From: an uncultured Gemmatimonadales bacterium
GTDB lineage: Bacteria > Gemmatimonadota > Gemmatimonadetes > Gemmatimonadales > GWC2-71-9
DNA: 64,000 bases
Assembly (NCBI GenBank): GCA_963748815.1
Contig: CAVVKJ010000005.1
Span: 514,577-578,576, forward strand
Direction: 5' to 3'
In this document: piece by piece, positions 1 to 10,809 of the stretch
Layout: each line of letters starts with the position of its first letter
Position numbering within the stretch: position 1 is the stretch's first letter
Notes under the pieces: model-generated
What the model saw: only the letters and a program-made list of their open reading frames with translations
Told to the model about the DNA's origin: nothing
The model's database searches: none
Made by a program: the position numbers and the translations under genes

Positions 1-259
1 CAGTGGCCTGCAGGTCCAACACCGGAAGTGTGATGGGGGTGCGCCAGAGATCCCGATAGCGGGAGCCGAACATCGGGGTGCCAAGCCAGCTGATCCAGGA
101 GGTGGTGCTGAACTGGGGGCCGGGGACCACCGTCACGCTGTCGCGCAGGACGGGACGAGCCTGCCCCGCGGCAGGGGAGGTCGATAGACCGAGTGCGACG
201 AGCACCAACCACAGCTCGCGAGCGATCCTACTGGCCCTGCGCGCAAGTCGCACTGGCAC
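1..259 (-). CDS. N-terminal part of a secreted/outer-membrane protein that runs off the window
   Basis: Manual translation from GTG 259: MPVRLARRASRIARELWLVLVALGLSTSPAAGQ...MFGSRYRDLWRTPITLPVLDLQAT. It has a signal peptide, and the YRDLWxTP..PVLDL motif recalls large BamA/TamA-like proteins (recollection, unverified). Confidence 0.6.
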   Translation of the reverse strand, partial: MPVRLARRASRIARELWLVLVALGLSTSPAAGQARPVLRDSVTVVPGPQFSTTSWISWLGTPMFGSRYRDLWRTPITLPVLDLQAT

Positions 260-355
260 TGACTCCGCAAACCAGGGTGAGAAGGGCCACGATCGATCCG
301 GTTCCCGCGGATCAGCTCCGTCAATCATAACCGCGCACGAGCGGCCCGGCCCCTG

Positions 356-1201
356 TCAGGGGAGCTTCGCGCTGGCCTCACCCACCACGCGTTGAACCAT
401 CGGGTTGTCGGGGAATTGCTGCGTGAGCTGTTGCAGCACACCGCGCGCAGAGTCGGGCTGCCCCATCGCCAGATAAATGTCGCTCCGCAGCAACCCGGCC
501 TGGAGGGCCATGCGGGCGTTGTCGGTCGGCACCTGGAGCTGGTCCACGGAGGCCATGGCCGCCGCGGGGTCGTGCCGGTCCACCAGCTGTGACCGCGCCG
601 CGAGCAGCTGGACGCCGAAGTCATCCGGCATCTGGCGCGCCAGTTCCTCAGTCAGGCGGGCGGCGTCGGCGGTATCGCCCGCCTCGCGCTCGGCGCGGGC
701 TCCGTTGAACAGCCCCGCCACCAGGAGGTTCTTCACGTGGTCGGGATGGCCGGATCGCGTGCCGACGCCGCCGGCGTAGTTATACACCACCTCGCCGCCA
801 TGCTCCGCCGCCTCGAAGAGGAAGAACGCTGCGACGACCCCGGTGACCGCCGAGCCGATGAGCGCCAGGCGGCGGACCTTTTCCCGCTTTGCCAGCGCCA
901 GCGCAAGAATTTCGAACCCTGCCACGACCAGGAAGAGATTCCGCGCCCGCTCCCCCGCCGCCTCGTGTTTTTGCACCGCTTCGCGCGCGCCGGGAATCCG
1001 CTCGGCCGGGCCGTGCGCCTCGTCTCCGGAGCGCGCGGCCAGCACGCCGGAGAGTGCGGCGGCGAGCAGGGCCACCGTCGCGGCCGGCCTGATCCACTCG
1101 ATCTTGACGACGAGGGAGAGGATCCGGAGTCCGACCCCGATGAAGCCGAGAACGACGATGAAATGGACGATTTGCGGATGGAACGAGGCGATGCTGGGCA
1201 T
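356..1201 (-). CDS. DUF2231-like membrane protein with C-terminal TPR-like region
   Basis: HPxIVHF N-terminus, about 4 TM helices, HGGEVVY motif, helical C-terminus ending LxQxFPDNP. Confidence 0.75.
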   Translation of the reverse strand: MPSIASFHPQIVHFIVVLGFIGVGLRILSLVVKIEWIRPAATVALLAAALSGVLAARSGDEAHGPAERIPGAREAVQKHEAAGERARNLFLVVAGFEILALALAKREKVRRLALIGSAVTGVVAAFFLFEAAEHGGEVVYNYAGGVGTRSGHPDHVKNLLVAGLFNGARAEREAGDTADAARLTEELARQMPDDFGVQLLAARSQLVDRHDPAAAMASVDQLQVPTDNARMALQAGLLRSDIYLAMGQPDSARGVLQQLTQQFPDNPMVQRVVGEASAKLP

Positions 1202-1303
1202 AAGGGCCTGGCCTGGCGAATAGGGGAGGCGAATGGAGCCGGTCTCCGGGCTCGCGAATCATAGGCCCGCAGGGGACGGGGTGGAAGTCGGCGGCCGGAC
1301 GGG

Positions 1304-2458
1304 TCAGTCGCCGAGTGCCCGCCGGTACGCGTCCGCCGTCTGTCGCGCGGCGCGCGCCCAGGTGAATGCTGCCGCGCGCGCAATGCCGGCCTTGCCCAGG
1401 GTCTCGCGGCGAGCCGGGTCCGCCAGGAGCGACGCGATGGCCGCCGCAAGCCCGGCGACGTCCATCGGCTCGACGAGGACGGCCGCGTCGCCCGTCACCT
1501 CGGGCACGGAGGTCGCCCGGGCGGCGACGACAGGGCATCCCGCTTTCATCGCTTCAAGGACCGGGAAGCCGAAGCCCTCGAAATAGGAGGGGAAGGCGAA
1601 GAGGTCCGCGGCGGAGTAGGCGGCAATCAGCTGGTCCTCGCTAAGACCGGAGCGATACCGCACGTGGCGTTCGAGCCCGTGACGCGCCACCCGGGCGCGG
1701 GTCCGCGCGCTCGGCCCGCCGACGCGGAGGAGGAGGAGGTCGGGCCAGTCCTTGACGAGGAGCGCCATCGCGTCGAGCAGCGACTCGACGTTCTTGCGGC
1801 GCTCCTCGCTGCCGACGTGCAGCAGCACCGGCCGATCCTGCTCCAGGCCGAGCGCGGCGCGGCTGGCCGCCCGGTCGCGCGGTGCGAACGCGGGGCCGAC
1901 GGCGTGGTGCACCACGCTCGTGCGCGACTCGGGGTAGTCGTATTCCGACAGGAAATCCACGCGCGAATACTCCGACGCGAAGATCAACCCGCGGGCCCGC
2001 CGGAGTGGCGGGAAGTGGCGCCGGCGCAGCCAGGTGGAGATCCCGGGGTGATTGGCACCGAGTCGCAGTGCGATGAGGTCCTGCACGGTCACGACGGCGG
2101 GCGCAGCGTGCCGCACGCCGGCCCCCATCATCTGACTCGAGAAGTGGTAGAGGTCGTACCCGGCCGGCACTCGGCGCGGAAAGTAGTAGTGGGAGTTGAG
2201 CAGGTAGGTCGTGCCGAAGCCTCGTGCCTTGGCCCAGCGCGGCCGGTCCTGGATGGTGATCGTGGAGCCGTCCGCCGGCGCATGGGATGCACGCCATTCC
2301 CGCGGGTCCGCGCGGCCCGGCAGGTTCTGGAGCAGCAGGTCGACGTGGACGGGCCGGGGGTCGAGGGCGTGGAGGGCGTGGTTCAGCTCTCGGGCGTAGC
2401 GGCCGATGCCGCCGCCGGGGGGATGGTCGTTGACCAGGAGGACGCGTGGGAGGGTCAG
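1304..2458 (-). CDS. Glycosyltransferase family 4 (GT-B)
   Basis: GGIGRY N-terminal motif, RKNVE, FPSYFEGFGFPVLEAM. Start codon is uncertain and lies near the PP2C stop. Confidence 0.9.
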   Translation of the reverse strand: MTLPRVLLVNDHPPGGGIGRYARELNHALHALDPRPVHVDLLLQNLPGRADPREWRASHAPADGSTITIQDRPRWAKARGFGTTYLLNSHYYFPRRVPAGYDLYHFSSQMMGAGVRHAAPAVVTVQDLIALRLGANHPGISTWLRRRHFPPLRRARGLIFASEYSRVDFLSEYDYPESRTSVVHHAVGPAFAPRDRAASRAALGLEQDRPVLLHVGSEERRKNVESLLDAMALLVKDWPDLLLLRVGGPSARTRARVARHGLERHVRYRSGLSEDQLIAAYSAADLFAFPSYFEGFGFPVLEAMKAGCPVVAARATSVPEVTGDAAVLVEPMDVAGLAAAIASLLADPARRETLGKAGIARAAAFTWARAARQTADAYRRALGD

Positions 2459-3345
2459 CCGGCCGCCTCCTCCTGCTTCACGGCGCGCCCAACGAGAATG
2501 GTGATGTTGTCGCTCCCGCCGTCCGCCAGCGCGTCTTCGAGCAGCTGCTCGCACACCTGCCTCGCCGAGGTCATCGACCGCAGTCGCTCCGTGATCTTTT
2601 CGTCGGAGACGTGCTTGGAGAGTCCGTCGCTGCACAGCAGGATGACGTTGTTCCACGCCATCTCGATCCGGGTCACGACCGGCGCCGTCTGGTGGCCCCC
2701 GATCGCGCTCGAGAGCACGTGCGCCCACCGGGTCCGCGGGGCGTCGGCGCGGGTCAGCACGCCCTGGTCCACGAGCTCCTGCGCCATCGTCTGATCACGG
2801 GTGATCTGGGTGAGCACGCCGTCGCGCATCAGGTAACACCGGCTGTCGCCGAGCTGCAGGAGGTAGGCCCTCGGCCAGACGCCGAGGTACAAGGTGAGCG
2901 TGGTGGCCATGTTGCGTCCGCTCGGGTCGGCCTGGGCCCGCTCCACGACGCGCGCATGCGTCTGCATGGCCGCGGCCTCGAGGGCGGAGACGAAATCCTC
3001 CTCCGCCGCGGCGTCGGCGGTATAGTACGCCCGCATGCTCTGGGCGACGTATTCCGTCACGGCCTCGACCGCCAGCCGGCTCGCTTCCTCGCCGTGCGAA
3101 CTGCCGCCGACCCCGTCGGCGACCATGGCCAGGGTCGCAAGCCGTTCGGTCGCGGGCCACCGACTGCCGTCGGGAAGGCTGGTGAGGGCAATGTCCACGT
3201 GCCGCCGGAGGGCGCAGATGAGAAAGTGATCCTGGTTCGACGACCGGACGCTGCCCCTGTGGGTCAGGCCGTAGATGTCGCGCTCGGCGTCCGTCGGCTT
3301 GCGCGTCGACGGCATGTCCGGTGGCGGCTCGAAGGATGAGCTCAT
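2455..3345 (-). CDS. PP2C-family Ser/Thr protein phosphatase
   Basis: RxxNQD, VADGVGG, GDSRCY, LCSDGL and GGSDNIT motifs. Confidence 0.93.
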   Translation of the reverse strand: MSSSFEPPPDMPSTRKPTDAERDIYGLTHRGSVRSSNQDHFLICALRRHVDIALTSLPDGSRWPATERLATLAMVADGVGGSSHGEEASRLAVEAVTEYVAQSMRAYYTADAAAEEDFVSALEAAAMQTHARVVERAQADPSGRNMATTLTLYLGVWPRAYLLQLGDSRCYLMRDGVLTQITRDQTMAQELVDQGVLTRADAPRTRWAHVLSSAIGGHQTAPVVTRIEMAWNNVILLCSDGLSKHVSDEKITERLRSMTSARQVCEQLLEDALADGGSDNITILVGRAVKQEEAAG

Positions 3346-3366
3346 CTGCCTTCCTCTCCTGGGTGC

Positions 3367-5595
3367 CTAGCGCGTACCGCCGCTGCCGATGGTGCGGGCG
3401 AGGAACCGGTCCGACACCTCCTGGATCATCTTGAAGCTCGGGAAGTTGTATGCCGCGCCGTGGCGTCCCGGCGGGTAGATCCGCAGCTCGACGTCGACCC
3501 CCGCGTCGGTCGCCGCGGTGAGAAACTGCATCGTGTTCACCGGGTGCACGTTGTCGTCCATCATCGAGTGCACCACGAGCAGCTTCCCCTTGATCCGTCC
3601 GGCCCGCGGGTTAACCGCGGAGCTGTCGTAGCCGGCCGCGTTGTCGGGGAGGACGTCCATGTATCGCTCGGCATAAATCGTGTCATAGAGGCGCCAGTCG
3701 CTGACGGCCGAGTTGGCGATGCCCGCCGCGAAGACGTCTGGGTAGGCGGCCATCGTGTACAGGACGCTGTACCCGCCGTAGCTGGTGCCGTCGATCGCGA
3801 TTCGGCCGCCGTCCACGTAGGGCTGACTGGCCAGCCACCGTGCGGCCTCCGCAAAGTCCATCGCCTCGTACTTGCCGAGGTGCCGATACACCTGCTTCAT
3901 GAACGCGCTGCCGTAGTTGTTGGAGCCCCGGTTGTTGAGGCCCACGATGATGTAGCCCTGCTGGGCCCGCCACTGGTCCATGCCGTTGGAGCCGAACCGA
4001 TCATACACCTGCTGCGAGCCGGGCCCGCCGTAGATATCGAGGATGACGGGGTATTTCTTCGCCGGATCGAAGTCGGGCGGCTTGATCATCGAGCCGTCGA
4101 GCACCTGGCCGTCGGTGGTGGTGAACTGGAAGAGTTCCACCGGGGCGTAGGCGTACGTGGACATCCAGGTGGTGACGGCGGCGTTGTCCTCCAGCTGCTG
4201 GAGCATCTTGCCGCCGGTGGCCCACAGCTCAACCTGTCGCGGCTGCGTGGTAGAGGACCAGCGATCGATGTAGTACCTGGCGTTCGGCGCCATGTCGATG
4301 GCGTGCGTGCCGGTCGTCGTGGTCAGGCGCTTCTTGCCCTTGCCATCGAAGCGGACAGCGTAGAGCTGCCGCTGGAGCGGCGAGACTTCCGTGGAGCTGA
4401 AGTAGATCATCTTCCGGGCGGGGTCGGTCCCCTCGATGCGGGTGACCGTGTAGGGGCCGCTGGTGATCTGGTTGATCAGCTTGCCGGAGTAGTCGTAGCG
4501 GTAGATGTGCTGCCAGCCGTCCTGGTCGGATATCCAGAAGAACTCCCTGCTGCCGGCCGGGAAGGTCATCATGTCCTGGATGCCGGCGTAGAAGTCGTAC
4601 ACGTCGAGCCAGGTGTCGCTGGTCCAGGTCCGCACCAGGCGGCTGCCCGCGTCCTGCACGTTGAAGAAGAGGAGGCGGAGGGTGTTCTGCTTCCGATTGA
4701 GCTCGAGCACGGCCAGGGTGTCGGGGGAGCTGGTCCAGTAGATCCGCGGTATGTAGAAATCCCCGGTCGCCTTGGTGTCGAGCCAGACCTGCTTCCCGGT
4801 GGCGACGTTCACGACGCCGATCCGGACCTTCGGGTTGGAATCCCCCGGTTGCGGGATGCGCAACTTGTCCCACTCAGGATGCGCCCCCTCGTAGTTTGAC
4901 AGCTGAATCACCGGCTCGGCGCTCTCGTCGACCTGCCAGTAGGCCAGATGCCGGCTGTCCGGCGACCAGTTCCAGGCCTGCGCCATCCCGAACTCTTCCT
5001 CGTAGACCCAGTCGAACCGGCCGTTGTGCAGCGTCTCGGTGGCGCCGGTGGTGAGGCGCCGGTCGGCGTTGTTCGCGAGGTCGCGGACGTAGAGATCCCC
5101 GCCGAGCTCGTACCCGAAGAGCGCCCCGTTGGGCGAGAGCTCGCCGGTCTGGGCCCCCTTCGCGGCGAGCTGCATCGACTTGTCGGCCAGCGAATAGACG
5201 AAATAGTCCGAACTGCCGGAGCGTCGGTAGATCTGCTTGAACCGGGTCTGGAAGACCAGGTGCTTCGAGTCCTGCGCGAACTGGAACGATCGATAGCTGA
5301 ACGGGGCCGCTGTGTCCGGGAAGGTGACGCCCTTGGCGGAGAAGAGCAGGGTGTCGCTGCCGGTCGCTGGATCGGTCGCGCGGATCTCCTCGCCGTCCGC
5401 TCCCCGCGTGGTATAGGAATACCGGTTGCCGCCGTCGATCCAGGTGACGCCGCGCGGCCCCGACCGGCCGGCCATAGCACCGGATGCCTGGAGCGCCTCG
5501 GTCACGTTGGCAAACGTCTTCTTGTCCTGGGCCTGCCCCGGAACGGTGAGCAGGGCAGTCGAGAGGAGCACGAGCGACAGGGTGCGGTAGCGCAT
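3367..5595 (-). CDS. S9B dipeptidyl-peptidase IV family peptidase, secreted
   Basis: Signal peptide from MRYRTLSL; DWVYEEE, GTSYGG nucleophile, DDNVH, C-terminal His. Confidence 0.95.
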   Translation of the reverse strand: MRYRTLSLVLLSTALLTVPGQAQDKKTFANVTEALQASGAMAGRSGPRGVTWIDGGNRYSYTTRGADGEEIRATDPATGSDTLLFSAKGVTFPDTAAPFSYRSFQFAQDSKHLVFQTRFKQIYRRSGSSDYFVYSLADKSMQLAAKGAQTGELSPNGALFGYELGGDLYVRDLANNADRRLTTGATETLHNGRFDWVYEEEFGMAQAWNWSPDSRHLAYWQVDESAEPVIQLSNYEGAHPEWDKLRIPQPGDSNPKVRIGVVNVATGKQVWLDTKATGDFYIPRIYWTSSPDTLAVLELNRKQNTLRLLFFNVQDAGSRLVRTWTSDTWLDVYDFYAGIQDMMTFPAGSREFFWISDQDGWQHIYRYDYSGKLINQITSGPYTVTRIEGTDPARKMIYFSSTEVSPLQRQLYAVRFDGKGKKRLTTTTGTHAIDMAPNARYYIDRWSSTTQPRQVELWATGGKMLQQLEDNAAVTTWMSTYAYAPVELFQFTTTDGQVLDGSMIKPPDFDPAKKYPVILDIYGGPGSQQVYDRFGSNGMDQWRAQQGYIIVGLNNRGSNNYGSAFMKQVYRHLGKYEAMDFAEAARWLASQPYVDGGRIAIDGTSYGGYSVLYTMAAYPDVFAAGIANSAVSDWRLYDTIYAERYMDVLPDNAAGYDSSAVNPRAGRIKGKLLVVHSMMDDNVHPVNTMQFLTAATDAGVDVELRIYPPGRHGAAYNFPSFKMIQEVSDRFLARTIGSGGTR

Positions 5596-5786
5596 CGAAG
5601 TCCAAGTCCTGTGACGAGTGGAGGGAGGGAATCCCTGAAGGTACGCGTACGGGAAGGTTGTGCAACACGGACCCTGCAAGATGCCGCCAGCCGGCGCGCA
5701 CCGCCAGCCGTTGGCGGATGGCATATATTAGAGTTGCCAGCTGCGAGCCTCTGGCGCGGTCCAGCCGCCTATCGATGGGGAACTGC

Positions 5787-6791
5787 ATGCCCACCAGTCC
5801 TAGCCGCCCGAGTGCGCCGCCGGCGGACTTTCCCATCCCGGTCCACTCCCGCAATCCGGGGATGCCGCTGGACCTCTCCTGGGTCCGATCGGTCCGCGCC
5901 AACCGGAGCGCGATCGAGCGACGGGCCGCCACCTTGCCCAAGCGGCGGACGGTGAAGCGGGAGTATCAGGCGGCGTGGCTCCTCCGCGCCATCACTCTGA
6001 TGGACCTCACGACGCTGCAGGGCGACGATACCCCGGACCGGGTGCGCCGCCTCTGCGCCAAGGCCCGGGCACCGGTCCGGGAGGACCTCCTCGCTGCCCT
6101 CGGCGCCGAGGGGCTGGGCATCCGGGTGGCGGCGGTCTGCGTCTACCACGGCCTCGTCCCCGCCGCCGTTGAGGCGCTGCGGGGCACCGGCATTCCGGTC
6201 GCGGCCGTCTCCACCGGCTTTCCGGCGGGCCTCAGCCCGCTTCCCCAGCGCGTCGCGGAAATTCACGCCTCGGTTGACGCGGGCGCGGACGAAATCGACG
6301 TCGTGATCACCCGGGGGCACGTCCTGGCCGGCGACTGGGAGGCGCTGTACGACGAGGTGCGGACCTTCCGCGAGGCCTGCGGGGACGCGCACATCAAGGT
6401 GATTCTCGGCACCGGGGAGCTGGGCACCCTGCGAAACGTGGCGCGGGCGAGCCTGGTCGCGATGATGGCCGGCGCCGATTTCATCAAGACCTCGACGGGG
6501 AAGGAGCCGGTCAACGCCACGCTGCCGGTGGGCCTGGTGATGGCGCGCGCCATCCGCGACTACCTCGAACGCACCGGCCACCGCGTCGGATTCAAGCCGG
6601 CCGGCGGCATCCGCACGGCGAAGGACTCGCTGGACTGGCTCGCGATGATGAAGGACGAACTGGGCGACCCCTGGCTCCGCCCGGAACTCTTCCGATTCGG
6701 GGCGAGCGGACTGCTGACCGACATCGAACGGCAACTCGAATTCTTCGTAACCGGCCGGTACTCGGCAGCGCACCGCCACCCGATGGCGTAG
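5787..6791 (+). CDS. deoC: Deoxyribose-phosphate aldolase
   Basis: DLTTLxGDDT, GADEIDVV, FIKTSTGK, GFKPAGGIRT and RFGAS motifs. Confidence 0.95.
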   Translation: MPTSPSRPSAPPADFPIPVHSRNPGMPLDLSWVRSVRANRSAIERRAATLPKRRTVKREYQAAWLLRAITLMDLTTLQGDDTPDRVRRLCAKARAPVREDLLAALGAEGLGIRVAAVCVYHGLVPAAVEALRGTGIPVAAVSTGFPAGLSPLPQRVAEIHASVDAGADEIDVVITRGHVLAGDWEALYDEVRTFREACGDAHIKVILGTGELGTLRNVARASLVAMMAGADFIKTSTGKEPVNATLPVGLVMARAIRDYLERTGHRVGFKPAGGIRTAKDSLDWLAMMKDELGDPWLRPELFRFGASGLLTDIERQLEFFVTGRYSAAHRHPMA

Positions 6792-6820
6792 CGCTCACTG
6801 GCTGACGACAAGGACTCCCC

Positions 6821-9230
6821 ATGACCACGATTCCCGACATCTTCGCCTCGATGGCGTACGGGCCCGCTCCCGAGTCCGCCAAGCCGGCCGAGGAGTGGCT
6901 GGCCCGGCATGGGGGGAGCTTCGGCCTGTTCATCGGCGGCGCATGGACGACGCCGGGCGAGTTGTTCGACACGGTCAACCCGGGGACGGGGCGACGCCTC
7001 GCCGGAGTGACACAGGCGACGGACGCCGATGTGGACCGCGCCGTCGCCGCGGCGCGCGCCGCCCAGCCTGGCTGGTGGGCGCTGGGCGGGCACGGGCGCG
7101 CCCGGCACCTGTACGCGCTCGCGCGGGCGGTGCAGCGCAACGCGCGCCTGCTGTCGGTGCTGGAGTCCCTCGACAATGGCAAGCCGATTCGCGAGTCACG
7201 CGACATCGACATCCCGCTGGTGGCGCGGCACTTCTACCACCACGCCGGGTGGGCGCAGCTGATGGACCGGGAACTCCCCGGCATGGAACCGGTCGGCGTC
7301 GCGGGGCAGATCATCCCCTGGAACTTTCCGATGCTGATGCTGGCCTGGAAAATCGCGCCGGCGCTCGCCATGGGGAACACGGTGGTGCTGAAGCCCGCGG
7401 AGTTCACGTCGCTGACGGCGCTGCTCTTTGCCGAACTGTGCAATGAGGCGGGGCTGCCTCCGGGGGTGGTCAACATCATCACCGGCGATGGTCGGACCGG
7501 CGCCGCCCTCGTGGCGCACCCCGGCGTGGACAAGATCGCGTTCACCGGCTCGACCGACGTCGGCCGCGTCATCCGGGTCGCCACGGCGGGGAGCGGCAAG
7601 AAGCTCTCGCTCGAGCTGGGCGGAAAGTCGCCCTTTCTCGTCTTCGACGACGCCGACCTCGACAGCGTGGTCGAGGGCGTCGTGGACGCGATCTGGTTCA
7701 ACCAGGGGCAGGTCTGCTGCGCGGGGTCCCGGATCCTGGCGCAGGAGGGGATCGCGCCGAAGCTGGAAGCGCGCCTGAAGGCCCGGATGGAGACGCTCCG
7801 CGTGGGCGACCCGCTCGACAAGGCGATCGACATGGGGGCCATCATCGCGCCGGTGCAACTGGAAAAGATTCGCGAGCTGGTGGCGAGAGGGGAGGAGGAG
7901 GGCGCCCGGATGTGGCAGCCGTCGTGGAGCTGCCCGACGGAGGGGTTCTTCTACCCGCCGACCCTCTTCACCGACGTGGCCCCCTCCGCGACGGTGGCGC
8001 AGGTCGAGATCTTCGGGCCGGTCGTCGTGATGATGAGCTTCCGGACCCCGGCCGAGGCGGTCGAACTGGCCAACAACACCCGGTACGGCCTCGCCGCGAG
8101 CGTGTGGACCGAGAACATCAACCTCGCGCTCGACATCGCGCCGAAGGTGAAGGCCGGATCCGTCTGGATCAACTGCACGAACGTCTTCGATGCGGCCGCC
8201 GGGTTTGGCGGCTACCGCGAGAGCGGGTTCGGGCGCGAGGGGGGGAAGGAAGGGCTGTGGGAGTATGTGCGAGAGGCGCCCAGGCGGGGAAGCGGGGAAG
8301 CGGGGAAGTACATGACGCGCAGCGCGACACCCAAGTCGGGGGGCCGCTCCAGCCTCCGCGCTTTCCCGCGTCCCCGCGTCCCCGCCGATCGACCGCACCC
8401 CGAAGCTCTACATCGGCGGGGCGCAGGTGCGCCCCGATTCCGGTTACAGCCTGCCGGTGCACGATGCATCGGGCGCGCCGGCGGGGGAGGTGGGGCACGG
8501 CAACCGGAAGGACATCCGCAACGCCGTCGAGGCGGCGCACGCGGCGCGTGGCTGGGGACGGGCGACCGCGCACCTTCGGGCCCAGGTGCTGTACTACATC
8601 GCCGAGAATCTCGCTGCGCGTCGTGAGGAATTCGTGGGCCGCCTCGTCGACCTGACCGGGCGCACGAAAAGGCAGGGGCGCGACGAGGTCGAGCGGTCGC
8701 TGGCGCGCCTCTTCACCTATGCCGGGTGGGCGGACAAGTGGGATGGCCGCGTCCACCACACCCCGATCCGGAATGTGACCCTCGCGATGCCGGAGCCGCT
8801 GGGCGTCATGGCGGTGGTCTGTCCGGACGACTGGCCGCTGCTCGGTTTCCTCTCCACCACGATGCCACCGCTGGCAATGGGCAACGCCGTGGTGGCGGTG
8901 CCGTCCGGCCGCTGGCCGCTCCTTGCCACGGATCTCTACCAGGTGCTGGATACCTCCGACCTGCCCGGCGGCGCCCTCAACATCGTGACCGGGCCGCGCG
9001 AGGAGCTGGCCGCCGTGCTGGCCGCGCACGACGACGTCGACGCGATGTGGTACTGGGGTTCAGCCGCGGGGAGTGCGGAGGTGGAGCGGCTGTCGGCGGG
9101 CAACCTGAAGCAGACCTGGGTGGATCACGGTCGGGGTGTTCGCTGGGAAACTCCCGCGGAGGGCGAGGGGGAGCGGTTCCTCCGCCGCGCCACCCAGATC
9201 AAGAACGTCTGGGTGCCTTACGGGGAGTAG
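6821..9230 (+). CDS. Two-domain (ALDH16-like) aldehyde dehydrogenase, frameshifted at the G run near 8338-8343
   Basis: PWNFP, FTGST, LELGGKSP and GQVCCAGS in the first ORF. A second truncated ALDH domain (IDRTPKLYIGG...KNVWVPYGE) is in another frame; deleting one G joins them. Confidence 0.9.
8282..8386. repeat. Inverted pair of octamer tandem arrays in the ALDH linker
   Basis: AGGCGGGG-AAGCGGGG-AAGCGGGG-AAG at 8282-8308; TTTCCCGC-GTCCCCGC-GTCCCCGC ending near 8386. Confidence 0.8.
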
Positions 9231-10809
9231 CGCGCTTCCGGGGCTTGGGGGCCGGCGCGAGTGACGCCGTGATCGTGATCTTCCGTCCGAGGACCCTCTG
9301 CAGCACATCCGCCTTGCGGCGCGCGGCCCAGCCCTCGAGGGCCATGTTGGCGCCGGCGCGTTTGGGCGTGATCCGCAGGACGAGTTTCTTGCGCGTCACT
9401 TCCGCCGACACCTGATCGACCACCGCGGTGTGCCCGCGATCCAGGCCGTCGGCGACCCGGAGCAGCCCGGTGACCCGGCGGACCAGCGCCTGATCATCAG
9501 GCGGCAGGGCCGCGAAGGGAAGGTCGGACTTCTTGGGACCGCGGCGGCGGTGGTAGCGGCTGACCAGCGCCACGAGCGAGCGTTCGCGGGCGCCCAGGCC
9601 GATGCGGTCGGCGTGCATGATCAGCTGGTAGCTGTGGCGGTGATGACTCTTGTAGCTGACGAGCTGGCCGACGTCGTGCAGGATGCTGGCGGCCTCGAGA
9701 ATGTGCCGTTCTTCCGGCGTGCACCCCACCGCTTCGCCGATCTGGTCGAACAGCGACAGGGCCAGCAGGCGGACCTGCTCGACGTGCTGGCGGTCGGTGC
9801 GGCAGCGGTCGGCAAATTCGCGGACCAGCTGCATCGGGTCGACCGGCGGCGCGACGGCCGCGGATGCGCCCACCATCTCCCAGAGCAGCCCCTCGCGCAG
9901 GCCATACGCGCTGACCGTCACGCTGCCGGCGTCGAGGCGTTCGAGGAGCGCGGCAATGACGGTGAGCCCCGCCAGGATGATGTCGGCCCGCTCCGGATTG
10001 AGCCCCGCGACGCTCCGCCGCTGCAGCGCGGTGCGCGTCGAGAGCCACTCCAGCAGGTGCTCCACCTCGGCCACGGTGACCTCGATGCCGTGCACGGGCT
10101 CCGTGGGGTCGCCGCCCCGCCGGGCCACCGCCATCCTGCCGAGGTTGGTGAAAGTCCCGCCCGAACCGATGATCCGTGCGCCGGTCCACGCCCGCTTCGG
10201 CAGCTGCCGCGCGAGGCGCTTCCCCAGATGCTTGCGCAGCGCGCCGACCTCGCGGTGCTGCGCGCGTGTGCCCGGGATGAACTGCTCCGTCAGCCGGACC
10301 GCGCCGTAGGGCAGCGATCGGCTGAGCTCCACCAGTCCGTCGACCGCCCCCACCAATTCGAGGCTCCCGCCGCCGATGTCGGCGATCAGCGCCTTGGTGT
10401 TCTCGAGCCGGAAGTGGTGGCGGACGGAGCGATAGGAGAGCTGGGCTTCGTGCTCGGTGCTGATGACCTGCAGGGGGAGTCCGATGTCGTCGCGGACGCG
10501 GCGCACGAACTCGTCGCCGTTCTTGGCCTCGCGCACCGCCGCGGTGGCCACGGCGGCGATGCGGGTGGCGCCCCGGCGCCGGGCCACGTCGGCCATGCGG
10601 CGGAGCGCAGCGAGGGCGCGCTCCATGGCCGCGGGGTCGAGCCGGCCGGTGGCGGCGAGTCCCTGCGCGAGGCGGGGCTGGGCCTTGATCTCGTCGATCG
10701 GGGCCAGTCCCGAGCCCGGATCGTACTCGGCGATCAGGAGCCGGATCGAATTCGAGCCCACGTCGATCGCGGCGAGCCGCTCGCGCCGACCCGGGCCGCG
10801 CCGCGTCAC
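9199..10809 (-). CDS. ppx: Ppx/GppA exopolyphosphatase
   Basis: IDVGSNSIRL, DIGGGSLE, YGLREG and HD domain (LHDVG). Confidence 0.93.
   Translation of the reverse strand: MTRRGPGRRERLAAIDVGSNSIRLLIAEYDPGSGLAPIDEIKAQPRLAQGLAATGRLDPAAMERALAALRRMADVARRRGATRIAAVATAAVREAKNGDEFVRRVRDDIGLPLQVISTEHEAQLSYRSVRHHFRLENTKALIADIGGGSLELVGAVDGLVELSRSLPYGAVRLTEQFIPGTRAQHREVGALRKHLGKRLARQLPKRAWTGARIIGSGGTFTNLGRMAVARRGGDPTEPVHGIEVTVAEVEHLLEWLSTRTALQRRSVAGLNPERADIILAGLTVIAALLERLDAGSVTVSAYGLREGLLWEMVGASAAVAPPVDPMQLVREFADRCRTDRQHVEQVRLLALSLFDQIGEAVGCTPEERHILEAASILHDVGQLVSYKSHHRHSYQLIMHADRIGLGARERSLVALVSRYHRRRGPKKSDLPFAALPPDDQALVRRVTGLLRVADGLDRGHTAVVDQVSAEVTRKKLVLRITPKRAGANMALEGWAARRKADVLQRVLGRKITITASLAPAPKPRKRATPRKAPRRS

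Noticed and set aside
8338..8343. Programmed frameshift or phase variation in ALDH
   Set aside because: A G6 run is short, and the same +1 pattern occurs throughout the window, so artefact is more parsimonious
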